Part shown: positions 13,954-23,163 of the stretch, piece by piece
Layout of the letters: every line of letters starts with the position of its first letter
Position numbering within the stretch: position 1 is the first letter of the stretch
DNA from: a virus
Reading direction: 5' to 3' (one strand)
Virus record (IMG/VR): IMGVR_UViG_3300042869_000676
Coordinates: 11,628 to 75,627 of that record
Length of the DNA stretch: 64,000 nt
The notes under the pieces: model-generated
The model's input: the letters and a program-made list of their open reading frames with translations, nothing else
Database searches by the model: none
Told to the model about the DNA's origin: nothing
Program-made: the position numbers and the translations under genes

Positions 13954-14319
13954 ATGGAAGATCAGATGAATTCTTTTATTTCTCAAAATTCGGTACTTTT
14001 GGTAGCGGGCGTTGCTTCGTTGCTGTTTAAAGAATTTATCATCAACATTGTCAAGAGCATTATCTTTAAAATGACATCTGGATTAAAAGAAGATGACGTT
14101 TTAATGTTTTGGGACGGCACAAAAAGCCCAGCGAGAATTGTGAGAATCGGCTTAATGTCAACAACTTTGTTTATCTACGACGTAAACGAAGAAGGAATCA
14201 TTACTGGCGGCAGTCGTCTTGTTATGCAGAACGTGAAACTGGAAAATGTCAAGTTCTTGAAACGGCTAGCAATGATTGACGACGCTGATCTTAAACAGTT
14301 CAAAAAAAGTGTAAAATAA
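13954..14319 (+). CDS. small membrane protein, possibly with an MscS-type beta domain
   Basis: N-terminal hydrophobic helix, then GLKEDDV...ARIVRIGLMSTT. GTGTAAA at 13940. Confidence 0.6.
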   Translation: MEDQMNSFISQNSVLLVAGVASLLFKEFIINIVKSIIFKMTSGLKEDDVLMFWDGTKSPARIVRIGLMSTTLFIYDVNEEGIITGGSRLVMQNVKLENVKFLKRLAMIDDADLKQFKKSVK

Positions 14320-14323
14320 TCAG

Positions 14324-15112
14324 ATGCCTTACGTTACTTACGATAAAATCAGGGCGTATTTTACGAACGCTGATAGCGCTACCGACAACATCTTGTACGC
14401 AACTAGTTTAAGCGCATCAAACACAACTAGTTTAAAAAGAGTTAGAAGAATTGGTCAGGAGATGGATTACTACATTCAAACTGGCCCAAAAAGTTCAAGT
14501 ATTTCCGCAAATGTTCTTTTAGTTTCTGGAGAAATCAACAAAATCATCAATTTAACTGGAGATTCTGTTGGCGGATCAGCAATCAAAGTTCCAGATTACC
14601 AATTTAGTAAATGTTATTTAAAAAGTTTTTCCGCATCGTTTGAACCTTGGAAAGTTGCGTCTGCCGCTTTACAATTCGACTCTTACGGATTAGCTAATGG
14701 CACAGGAGTTTACGCTTATACTGAACAGCAAGCTTCTTCTGAGGTTTTGCTCTCGCCTTTAAGAGCAACAACAATTCAATTCTCTGCTCCAAGCTTTTCC
14801 ACTACTCCAATCTCACAGTACGAGAATATTTCTTTCGATATTCAAGTTGATAGAGTTCCAAATTTTGTTATTGGCTCGGAATATCCCGAAAAAGTTAGCG
14901 TTTCTAAAGTTACAAAATCTTTGCAAGTAAACGGACTGTCCAATGCAGATTGGCTATCTGATTATCAACCAAACACAACAGTAACCTGCACAATTACAAT
15001 GTCGGACGCTACTGTTTTTTCGGTAGCTGGCGTTTTATCTAATCAAAGTCTCTCTGTTGATTCCAACGGAGTAGCTAAAGGAGGATTGCAGATTATTGAA
15101 GAGATGGTTTAA
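14324..15112 (+). CDS. virion structural protein, tail-tube-like paralog
   Basis: FDIQVDRVPNFVIGSEYP resembles motifs in 46528, 58364 and 60078. GTGTAAA at 14309. Confidence 0.55.
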   Translation: MPYVTYDKIRAYFTNADSATDNILYATSLSASNTTSLKRVRRIGQEMDYYIQTGPKSSSISANVLLVSGEINKIINLTGDSVGGSAIKVPDYQFSKCYLKSFSASFEPWKVASAALQFDSYGLANGTGVYAYTEQQASSEVLLSPLRATTIQFSAPSFSTTPISQYENISFDIQVDRVPNFVIGSEYPEKVSVSKVTKSLQVNGLSNADWLSDYQPNTTVTCTITMSDATVFSVAGVLSNQSLSVDSNGVAKGGLQIIEEMV

Positions 15113-15118
15113 CACTTT

Positions 15119-15898
15119 ATGGCAAAAAAAGCCCCTAAGAACAAGAAAACTAAACCTGCGGGAATCACAATTCCGCAACTAAAACAAGAAATCAAATTTA
15201 AAGAAAGAAAATTTAAGTTTTCAGATAAGCAACAAGACTTATTAAAAATACTTTTAAACGAGCAGACCAAAATCTCTTTCATCGCTGGACCAGCGGGAAC
15301 ATCAAAGACATTTATGGCTGTTTACGCAGCGTTAAACCTCATTAGCAACAATGACAAAGAAATCATTTACATTAGAACAATCGCAGAGAGCGGAGAGAAA
15401 TCTCTAGGAGCACTGCCCGGAACAGTTGGCGACAAATTTGCGCCTTACTTGATTCCTCTTGAGGATAAAGTTCACGAAATGATCGAAGCTACTGATGCTT
15501 ACCGTCTTAAAGACGATGGTAGGCTTACCGCAATACCAGTTAACTTCCTAAGAGGCAGCACATTCACTGATAAAATCATTATTGCTGATGAAGTGCAAAA
15601 CTTTACAGCTAAAGAGATTACAACTCTCTTAACTAGAATCGGAGAAGGTACAAAAATCTTTTTATGCGGAGATTTTATGCAGTCCGACATTAAAGTTAAG
15701 AATGGTTTCCTTGATTTCTTTGAACTTTTCACTGGAGAAGACTGCATGGAAAAAGGAATCTATACTTTTGAGTTCTCTGAAGAAGATATTAAAAGAAGCG
15801 AAATCTTAAAATTTGTTGTAAAGAAGATTAACAATATTAATCTCCGTTATAGAATAAAAGATGAGCAGCGCAACGTCAAAAACGTCTCAGTTGAATAG
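15119..15898 (+). CDS. phoH: PhoH-like ATPase
   Basis: GPAGTSKT, LG.LPG, FLRG.TF, DEVQN, TRIG and GD..QSD motifs. Confidence 0.92.
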   Translation: MAKKAPKNKKTKPAGITIPQLKQEIKFKERKFKFSDKQQDLLKILLNEQTKISFIAGPAGTSKTFMAVYAALNLISNNDKEIIYIRTIAESGEKSLGALPGTVGDKFAPYLIPLEDKVHEMIEATDAYRLKDDGRLTAIPVNFLRGSTFTDKIIIADEVQNFTAKEITTLLTRIGEGTKIFLCGDFMQSDIKVKNGFLDFFELFTGEDCMEKGIYTFEFSEEDIKRSEILKFVVKKINNINLRYRIKDEQRNVKNVSVE

Positions 15899-16202
15899 TT
15901 GGGCAAATATTATTAAGGTATTTGGCGGAATTTTGATCGCCTGTACGTTGTACTACCTAAATACAACGTATGTAAAGAAGGATGATTTTAATCCTGTTGC
16001 TTTAGAGATGAAAGTTCAGGCAGAGCAAATGTCTTACGTTAATACAGAGGTAAAAAATATTTCTCGACGCCTTTCAAAGATAGTAGATGACGAAGGAAAG
16101 CCAGTTAATACAGACAAAATGGTTGAAATACAGAAAGATATTACTAAGATATTAGTAAAGCTGGAAAACCTTAACGATAAGGTTGACCGCATATCTAAAT
16201 AA
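15861..16202 (+). CDS. membrane-anchored coiled-coil protein
   Basis: One hydrophobic helix followed by heptad-like segments. Confidence 0.65.
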   Translation: MSSATSKTSQLNSWANIIKVFGGILIACTLYYLNTTYVKKDDFNPVALEMKVQAEQMSYVNTEVKNISRRLSKIVDDEGKPVNTDKMVEIQKDITKILVKLENLNDKVDRISK

Positions 16203-16206
16203 TAAT

Positions 16207-16584
16207 ATGGCTATCACTTTCTGTTCATCGTGCGGCGCAAAACATGAGTATGTTGGATTTGCGCCAAACTTTTGCTCAAAATGCGGTTCTTCTTTTGGCT
16301 CGAAAGCTGTTCAACAGTCAACGGCAAAAGTTCAGCAGAAACCAACTGCTATTCGCAGTTCACAAGTAGAAGACGATGACGAAGATTCTTCCGATATTGA
16401 GGAGCTTCCACACATAGAGTCGTTAGACGTTGAAATCGCAATGGAAGGAGGCTTTAAAGCCTTCAGCCTTGAAGATCTACAACGGAATCCCATGCAAGCG
16501 CAAGCTAAGAAATTCAAAGCAAAGCGCTCTGATGGTATTGATGGCCTATCTCCCGAAAAATATGGAAGCTCAAAAGCTCGGTAA
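16207..16584 (+). CDS. double zinc-ribbon protein with an acidic region
   Basis: FCSSCG...PNFCSKCG. Likely ATG at 16207. Confidence 0.75.
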   Translation: MAITFCSSCGAKHEYVGFAPNFCSKCGSSFGSKAVQQSTAKVQQKPTAIRSSQVEDDDEDSSDIEELPHIESLDVEIAMEGGFKAFSLEDLQRNPMQAQAKKFKAKRSDGIDGLSPEKYGSSKAR

Positions 16585-17269
16585 GATAACCTACGAAGAT
16601 AAAAAAGACATTATAGACAAAATCATTGAGAAGCACAGATATATCTGGCAGCTCAAAGCTATTTGTTGGATGGATTACGAAGATGTCGCACAGATTGTGC
16701 GATTCCATATCTCAAAGAAGTGGCATATGTGGAAGCAAGATCGCGCACTTGAACCTTGGATAGCTAGAATCACTTCTAATCAGATCAAGAACTTGCTTCG
16801 CAACAACTACTCTAACTATACTCGCCCATGTTTAGGTTGCAAGTATAATCAAGGCAACGAACCACCAGCGTGCTCGATCACACCAAGCGGAAGACAGTGT
16901 TCTGAATGTCCTTTATACAGGAAATGGGAGAAAACAAAAAAGAGTGCATACGATGTTAAGCTTTGTGTATCTATCGAAGGCCACACAGATGCTGTTCACT
17001 CAATGCGAGATCAGAATTTTGACATTTTATCTAGCGCAGCTCGCCTTCATGAAGAAATGCGCTTATACCTTGCTCCTAAGCAATACAGGGTCTATACAAG
17101 GCTTTTCGTTGACGGTGTGGACGAGGAGAAGGTAGCGGCGGAAATGGGCTACAAGACGAACGAAAAGGGTAAAAAGGCTGGATATAAACAAATCAAAAAT
17201 CTTAAGAAGCTATTTAGACAAGTAGCTCTAAAAATTTTACAATCGGAGGATATTTTAAGTGGAAGCTAA
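16562..17269 (+). CDS. sigma70/ECF-like RNA polymerase sigma factor with a Cys-rich insertion
   Basis: Region 2-like DYEDVAQ...W..RI..NQIKNLLR and region 4-like L..KQ..V......G....VA.EMG. Likely ATG at 16562. Confidence 0.65.
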   Translation: MEAQKLGKITYEDKKDIIDKIIEKHRYIWQLKAICWMDYEDVAQIVRFHISKKWHMWKQDRALEPWIARITSNQIKNLLRNNYSNYTRPCLGCKYNQGNEPPACSITPSGRQCSECPLYRKWEKTKKSAYDVKLCVSIEGHTDAVHSMRDQNFDILSSAARLHEEMRLYLAPKQYRVYTRLFVDGVDEEKVAAEMGYKTNEKGKKAGYKQIKNLKKLFRQVALKILQSEDILSGS

Positions 17270-18335
17270 ACAAGAAACAACAGACATCTCTTTCACAAAC
17301 GAAGAGGCAACACAAATTAGAGACTTAGCCAAACAATTTCCTGATTTAAATACTATCACGCGCAAATTCTTTGCTAATGAGAAGCTTGATGGGCGGTCTA
17401 AGCAGGGAATTGCTATTAGATCGTTCTTAGCAAGCAACAAAATCAATTATAAAACATCTAAGTATGAAAGAGCAGCGGACATTGAGTTCTCAGAGTCTCA
17501 AAAAGAGTTTATTATTGATCAAACAGCTATTGGATTGTCTGCTGTAAGAATTGCCGAACTCATTTTTCCTGATCGCAGAATTGTTAACCTTGGAGTTGAG
17601 CAAAGAGCTGTGGCAAACTTCATTAGAACGGTAAACGCAGAAGGTCAACCTGAATCCGAAAGCGCTATTGGCGTAAAGTATTTAGTTCCGCGTTCTGTTG
17701 AGCGCGTAGTTAACAAAATCAATCAAGCTACTGGCGAAAAGATCAATAAAGAAAAATTAAACCGCCAACATAAATTCTGTATTGAGAAGCTTACTATCAA
17801 TTTAGCCAACTCGCGGTTTCAAAAGATCATTAACTGCTATACATCACAAGAAGATCGTAATATTTTCGAGGAAGAGTTCATTAGAATGACTTGGGACAAG
17901 CCTGACCTTACTGCTGATGAAGTTAATTTGTACATGAACGTGTGCAAAGAAATTATCAACTTGGAAACAACTTCAAGACACTTGGATAAGCTGAATAAAA
18001 TGTTTGAAGATACTCAAGAGCAGAACGAAATGAGTATTCGTCTTGCCGAAATCATCAAAGCGAAGAGCGGCGAGTATCATCAATGCGAAGGCCGCGTAGA
18101 AAGCTTGATTAAAAAGCTTCAAGGTGATAGATCAGGGCGCATCAACGCTAGACAAAAGGAGAATGCTTCTATCTTAGCTATTGTTCAGCTGTTTCAAGAC
18201 GAAGAAGAGCGCGCTAACATGATCAAGATCGCTGAAATGCAAAAGACTCTTGTTAGAGAGGAAGCTGGCAAGCTTGAAAGTATGGTTGAGTGGAAAGCTC
18301 GTATCTTGGGCATATCATTAGATGATGCCGTTTAA
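17259..18335 (+). CDS. hypothetical coiled-coil protein (candidate terminase small subunit)
   Basis: 358 aa with an HTH-like segment, two genes upstream of terL. Function inferred from position only. Confidence 0.5.
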   Translation: MEAKQETTDISFTNEEATQIRDLAKQFPDLNTITRKFFANEKLDGRSKQGIAIRSFLASNKINYKTSKYERAADIEFSESQKEFIIDQTAIGLSAVRIAELIFPDRRIVNLGVEQRAVANFIRTVNAEGQPESESAIGVKYLVPRSVERVVNKINQATGEKINKEKLNRQHKFCIEKLTINLANSRFQKIINCYTSQEDRNIFEEEFIRMTWDKPDLTADEVNLYMNVCKEIINLETTSRHLDKLNKMFEDTQEQNEMSIRLAEIIKAKSGEYHQCEGRVESLIKKLQGDRSGRINARQKENASILAIVQLFQDEEERANMIKIAEMQKTLVREEAGKLESMVEWKARILGISLDDAV

Positions 18336-19296
18336 GTGCAAAGAATGTAATCAAGATTTTCCAAGCGAAAGAAGTCTTCATACTCATTTGAAGAAGCATA
18401 AGATGTCGCTTGCAGACTACTACTGCGCCCATTACCCGAAGAAAAACCTCTTAACTGGTACAAAGCTAAGCTTCAAGGATAAAGAGTCTTATTTTGAAAA
18501 GGATTTCGAGAACAGAGAGCAGTTATTAAAGTGGTGCAACTTTGAAAAAGCAGAAGTTGTTAAACCGTATATCAAACAACTGCTTGAAAGGCGAGTAGCT
18601 AACAAAGAATTAGTTGTTGCGCCTAGTCATATCGAAATTGAGACAAGCGAACTGCCAAGTATCGACTGTTTCAAGAAGCATTACGGTTCTTACTCGGCGG
18701 CTTGTTCTGAGATTGGCATAAAGCCAATGTTCACAAAGAATATCCACAAAGATTTTTACTCTGACTACTCTAACGTTAATATATTCATTGATACAAGAGA
18801 GCAGCAGCCATTGCAGTTTCAGAATCAGAGAGAAGTTAAGCTAGATTTTGGAGACTATACTGCTGGTGGGCAAAATTATTCTAAAACATTTGTTGATAGA
18901 AAATCAGAAGGTGATTTTAAGAGCACTTTAGTTGGAGAAAACTTTGACAGATTTAAAAGAGAGATCGAGAGATGCAAATCTATGGATTGTTTCTTGTTTA
19001 TTGTAGTGGAATCTAGTTTTGATCAGATCAAGAACAATAACGACTTCACCTCACATAAATCCAACTTAAAATTCGTATATCACAATATGCGTTTGTTGCA
19101 ACAAGAGTTCCACAAGAACTGTCAATTCGTTTTTTCTGGTAGCAGAAAAAATAGCGTAGCGTTAATACCTAAACTTCTCGTTTGCGGCCCAAAACTTTGG
19201 GAAACAGACATTCAATACTTCATAGAAAAGGATCAATCATGGCTTGGATCGTTGGCGACCAAAAAAGAAAAAGCATTTACAATAGCAATAAAGTAA
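18322..19296 (+). CDS. C2H2 zinc finger plus ERCC4/XPF-family nuclease
   Basis: CKEC...LHTHLKKH; IDTREQ.P, GDY and VDRKS..DF motifs. Confidence 0.75.
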   Translation: MMPFKCKECNQDFPSERSLHTHLKKHKMSLADYYCAHYPKKNLLTGTKLSFKDKESYFEKDFENREQLLKWCNFEKAEVVKPYIKQLLERRVANKELVVAPSHIEIETSELPSIDCFKKHYGSYSAACSEIGIKPMFTKNIHKDFYSDYSNVNIFIDTREQQPLQFQNQREVKLDFGDYTAGGQNYSKTFVDRKSEGDFKSTLVGENFDRFKREIERCKSMDCFLFIVVESSFDQIKNNNDFTSHKSNLKFVYHNMRLLQQEFHKNCQFVFSGSRKNSVALIPKLLVCGPKLWETDIQYFIEKDQSWLGSLATKKEKAFTIAIK

Positions 19297-21110
19297 ACGA
19301 AGAGATTTTAAAGAAAGAAGGTTATCTAGAAGAGCGCGAAGCTAAGATTCTTCTATATAAATTTCTGCGCAGCAACATTTCGTTCGCTTCTGAGATTATT
19401 TGTGGTGTAAAACCGTTTCCGTTTCAGCATCTCGCAATTAAAACGATGTTTGAAACAGATTACTCCATGATGGTATGGAGTCGCGGTCTCTCCAAGAGCT
19501 TCACCTGTGCTGTTTTCGCTGCATTAGACGCGATTTTGAATCAAGGTGTTCACATTGGCATTGTAAGTAAAACATTTCGTCAAGCAAAGATGATTTTCCG
19601 CAAGATTGAGGAAATCGCGGACAAGCCAAATGCTATTTTCTTAAAGCAAGCTATCACAAAGGTATCTAAGAGTTCGGACGAATGGACAATGGAGTTTGGC
19701 CGCAGCAAAATTACCTGCTTACCACTTGGTGACGGTGAAAAGCTTCGTGGTTTTCGCTTTCACCGTATGATGATTGACGAGTTCTTGTTGATGCCCGAAA
19801 GAATCTTTAACGAAGTTATTATTCCGTTCCTTTCTGTTGTGCAAAATCCAACAGAGAGAAAAGAAGTATATGATTTGGAGACTCAGTTGATCGCTAGAGG
19901 AGATATGACTGAAGAAGAGCGTTTTAGATGGCCGAATAATAAAATTATTGTACTGTCTTCTGCGTCTTATCAGTTTGAGTATATGTATAAGTTGTATAAG
20001 CAATATGAATCGCTTATCAAGTTTCCGGAAAAGGATGGAAAAGGTAATTCGACTAGAGCTATCTTGCATTTCGCTTATGATGTAGCTCCTCATGGTCTTT
20101 ACGATGAAAGTTTGCTGACTCAAGCCAAGTCAACTATGTCTGAATCACAGTTCCAAAGAGAATTCGGTTCTAGATTCATGGACGATTCTTCTGGTTACTT
20201 TAAACTAAGCAAGATGCACGAATGCACAATCAAGCCGCTTGAAGGACAGGCTATTGAAGTGGCTGGTCAGAAAGGTTCTGATTATATTTTAAGCTTCGAT
20301 CCTTCGTGGGCAGAGAATGAATCGTCTGACGACTTTGCCATGAACCTTATTAAGCTCGATGTTCCTAATCGCAAAGGAATTCTCGTTCATAATTACGCTG
20401 TATCAGGAACTAATCTTAAAAAGCACATCGACTATTTAGCTTACTTGATGAATAACTTCAACATCGTTGGAATGTGCGGAGACTATAACGGCGGCGTGCA
20501 GTTTATTAATGCCGCAAACGAAAGCGAAGTATTTAAAAACGCTAAAATCGAAATTAAAATGTTTGAAGCTGATTTTGATTCGCCTGAAAAGTATCAAGAC
20601 GAAATTCGTAGAGCAAGAAGAGCGTATAATTTAAAAGACACTCGCATTTGTTACCTTAGAGTTCCAACAAGCTCTTGGATTCGCTACGCTAACGAGTTAT
20701 TGCAATCTAACTTCGATCATAGAAAGATGTTGTTCGCCGCAGAAGCTGTTGATAACGATTTCACAGCTCAAAAGAACAAGACCATTCCAATTAAAACGAT
20801 TAAATTCTTCCGTGATCAAGAAGATAATCAAACGAACGATGCAAAGATGGTCGATTTCGTTGATCATCAATCTGATTTGATCGAATTGGTTAAAGCGCAA
20901 TGTTCCTTAATCATTCCAACAACAACAGCTAATGGACATCAGAGTTTTGACTTGCCGCCAGAACTAAAAAGACAAAGTGGAGCAGAAAAAACCCGTAAAG
21001 ACTCATACTCTTGCTTAGTATTAGGCAACTGGATGATGAAAATCTATTTTGATATGATGGATTGTCCAGAACAACAGCCGCAAACTTTTACTCCGTTCTT
21101 CGTGAGGTAA
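19239..21110 (+). CDS. terL: terminase large subunit
   Basis: SRGLSKS Walker A variant, LRGFR, MMIDE Walker B, SFDP and RKDSYS nuclease motifs. Precedes the portal. Confidence 0.85.
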   Translation: MAWIVGDQKRKSIYNSNKVNEEILKKEGYLEEREAKILLYKFLRSNISFASEIICGVKPFPFQHLAIKTMFETDYSMMVWSRGLSKSFTCAVFAALDAILNQGVHIGIVSKTFRQAKMIFRKIEEIADKPNAIFLKQAITKVSKSSDEWTMEFGRSKITCLPLGDGEKLRGFRFHRMMIDEFLLMPERIFNEVIIPFLSVVQNPTERKEVYDLETQLIARGDMTEEERFRWPNNKIIVLSSASYQFEYMYKLYKQYESLIKFPEKDGKGNSTRAILHFAYDVAPHGLYDESLLTQAKSTMSESQFQREFGSRFMDDSSGYFKLSKMHECTIKPLEGQAIEVAGQKGSDYILSFDPSWAENESSDDFAMNLIKLDVPNRKGILVHNYAVSGTNLKKHIDYLAYLMNNFNIVGMCGDYNGGVQFINAANESEVFKNAKIEIKMFEADFDSPEKYQDEIRRARRAYNLKDTRICYLRVPTSSWIRYANELLQSNFDHRKMLFAAEAVDNDFTAQKNKTIPIKTIKFFRDQEDNQTNDAKMVDFVDHQSDLIELVKAQCSLIIPTTTANGHQSFDLPPELKRQSGAEKTRKDSYSCLVLGNWMMKIYFDMMDCPEQQPQTFTPFFVR

Positions 21111-21168
21111 AACGAAAGTCATAAAAGTACTTTTGATACTTTTAGTGTAACTTTTAATATATAATCAT

Positions 21169-23160
21169 ATGTCGCGTTCATATAACAAGAAGTCGGACTA
21201 TTGGAGCAAGTTCAACAAGCCAGAAAGCAGCTCGCTTCCTGTTCATAACAACTACGAACCAAAGCTTTTAGGAGAATCTTACTTCACAGAAGTTGCCAAA
21301 GCTTCTTATAGCCGTCCAGTTCAAGGAGCTACAGACACAGCACAGAGCACAAAGATTCCAAGAAACGGAACTGACCACAACATTCGCCGCTATGCTCTTT
21401 TGAGTCAAGGAATGCTTCCTTATCAGTTCTCTAAAGACGGTGTTGACATTCGTGATGCTATTTTGCTTTGCCAAAAGGCTTACGCAAACGTCGCTTTAGT
21501 TAGAAACACAATCGACATTGCCACAGAGTTCGCTAATACAGAGATTTATCTTGAAGGCGGCACTGCGCGTAGTAGAGAATTCTTTACTAAGTGGTTTGAG
21601 AAGATCAAACTATGGAAATTGAAAGACCAATACTTCCGCGAATACTATCGCAGCGGAAACATCTTCTATTACCGTATCGACGGAAAATTTAAAGCAGAAG
21701 ATTTTAAACTTTTGTCTGGTTTAAGCGAAAACGGAGTCGTCAATAACAAGATTCCTCTTCGCTACATCTTAATTAATCCTTACGAAATCGTTGCTAAAGT
21801 TTCCGCTTCATTTTCAGAAGCGATTTACGAAAAACTTCTTTCTGAATACGAGTTAGAAAGACTCAGAAATCCAAAAGACGACGCAGATAGAGAATTGTTT
21901 AAAGCTCTTCCTGCTGATATGCAGAAGAAGGTTAAAGATAAGGCTTATTTTAGAGATGGATTAAAGATTAAACTTGATCCATCATTTTTGCTATACTCTT
22001 TCTATAAGAAACAAGACTACGAGCCATTTGCAATTCCGTTTACCTTTCCGATCATGGAAGATGTTAATGCGAAACTGGAATTAAAGCATATTGACCAAGC
22101 TATTTCTCGCACAGTAGAGAATGTATTGTTGCTTATCACTATGGGCGCGCCTCCTGACGAGGGCGGCATCAATCCAGCAAATATGGCGGCAATGCAATCG
22201 TTGTTTATGAACGAAAGCGTTGGCAGAGTTCTCGTTTCTGACCATACAACAAAAGCTGAATTCATTATTCCTGACTTAAAGAAGGTTGTTGGCGAAGAAA
22301 AATACAAGATTCTTAATCAAGATATTAAAGAAGGCTTAATGAACGTTCTTGTTGGCGACGACAAGTACAACGGTCAGACCGCGAAGATTGGCTTCTTCAT
22401 GGAGCGCCTTAAAGAATCGCGCAACTGTTTCTTGAACGACATTCTTCAACCAGAAATCATTCGCATCTCAAAAGATTTAGGATTTAAAGCTTATCCTACT
22501 GCTAAATTTAAACAAATTGATCTTAAAGACGAGATTCAATATATGCGCACAGTTAGCCGTTTGATGGAGCTGTCGATTATCACTCCAGAACAAGGTATTG
22601 AAGCTATGGCTAACGGCAAATTGCCTTCTTCGGAAGAATTAAGTCCAGCTCAAGACAAACTCGTAGAAGAAAGAAAGAAAGGATACTACAATCCTCTTGT
22701 TGGCGGCGTTCCAATGACTGAAGATCCAAACGCACCAGAGCCAGCTGCTCCTGTTGCCGCTGGAAAGCCAGTTAATAAACTTTCTAGAACTCCAACGGCG
22801 AAACCAAAGAACTCTATACCTGGCAGACCGCTAGGAACAAAGTCAAAAGCTTCTACTTCTGATATTCAATCTACTGTTTATGCAGTTGACGCTTTCATGA
22901 AAGCTTCTGAGACGTTCACTGCTGAAAAGTTTGGCGTATCTAAGCTTAACGATCAGCAAAAATCGAGCGTAATCGAGCTATGTAAGAAAGTTGTTGCTGC
23001 TTCTAGCAAAGAAGAATGGACAACTAGACTACAAGCTTGTGTACAAGATTTAGGCAATATCGAAAAGCTTCAACCAATGAAAGAAATCACTGATACTGCT
23101 GATGAATTTCTATTGGACGAATATTCTGCGGCTATTTTGTATCATTCTGCTGTAAAGTAA
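21169..23160 (+). CDS. portal protein
   Basis: 663 aa directly after terL; REYYRSGN.F.Y and YKKQDYEPFA.P. Synteny. Confidence 0.75.
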   Translation: MSRSYNKKSDYWSKFNKPESSSLPVHNNYEPKLLGESYFTEVAKASYSRPVQGATDTAQSTKIPRNGTDHNIRRYALLSQGMLPYQFSKDGVDIRDAILLCQKAYANVALVRNTIDIATEFANTEIYLEGGTARSREFFTKWFEKIKLWKLKDQYFREYYRSGNIFYYRIDGKFKAEDFKLLSGLSENGVVNNKIPLRYILINPYEIVAKVSASFSEAIYEKLLSEYELERLRNPKDDADRELFKALPADMQKKVKDKAYFRDGLKIKLDPSFLLYSFYKKQDYEPFAIPFTFPIMEDVNAKLELKHIDQAISRTVENVLLLITMGAPPDEGGINPANMAAMQSLFMNESVGRVLVSDHTTKAEFIIPDLKKVVGEEKYKILNQDIKEGLMNVLVGDDKYNGQTAKIGFFMERLKESRNCFLNDILQPEIIRISKDLGFKAYPTAKFKQIDLKDEIQYMRTVSRLMELSIITPEQGIEAMANGKLPSSEELSPAQDKLVEERKKGYYNPLVGGVPMTEDPNAPEPAAPVAAGKPVNKLSRTPTAKPKNSIPGRPLGTKSKASTSDIQSTVYAVDAFMKASETFTAEKFGVSKLNDQQKSSVIELCKKVVAASSKEEWTTRLQACVQDLGNIEKLQPMKEITDTADEFLLDEYSAAILYHSAVK

Positions 23161-23163
23161 TTC

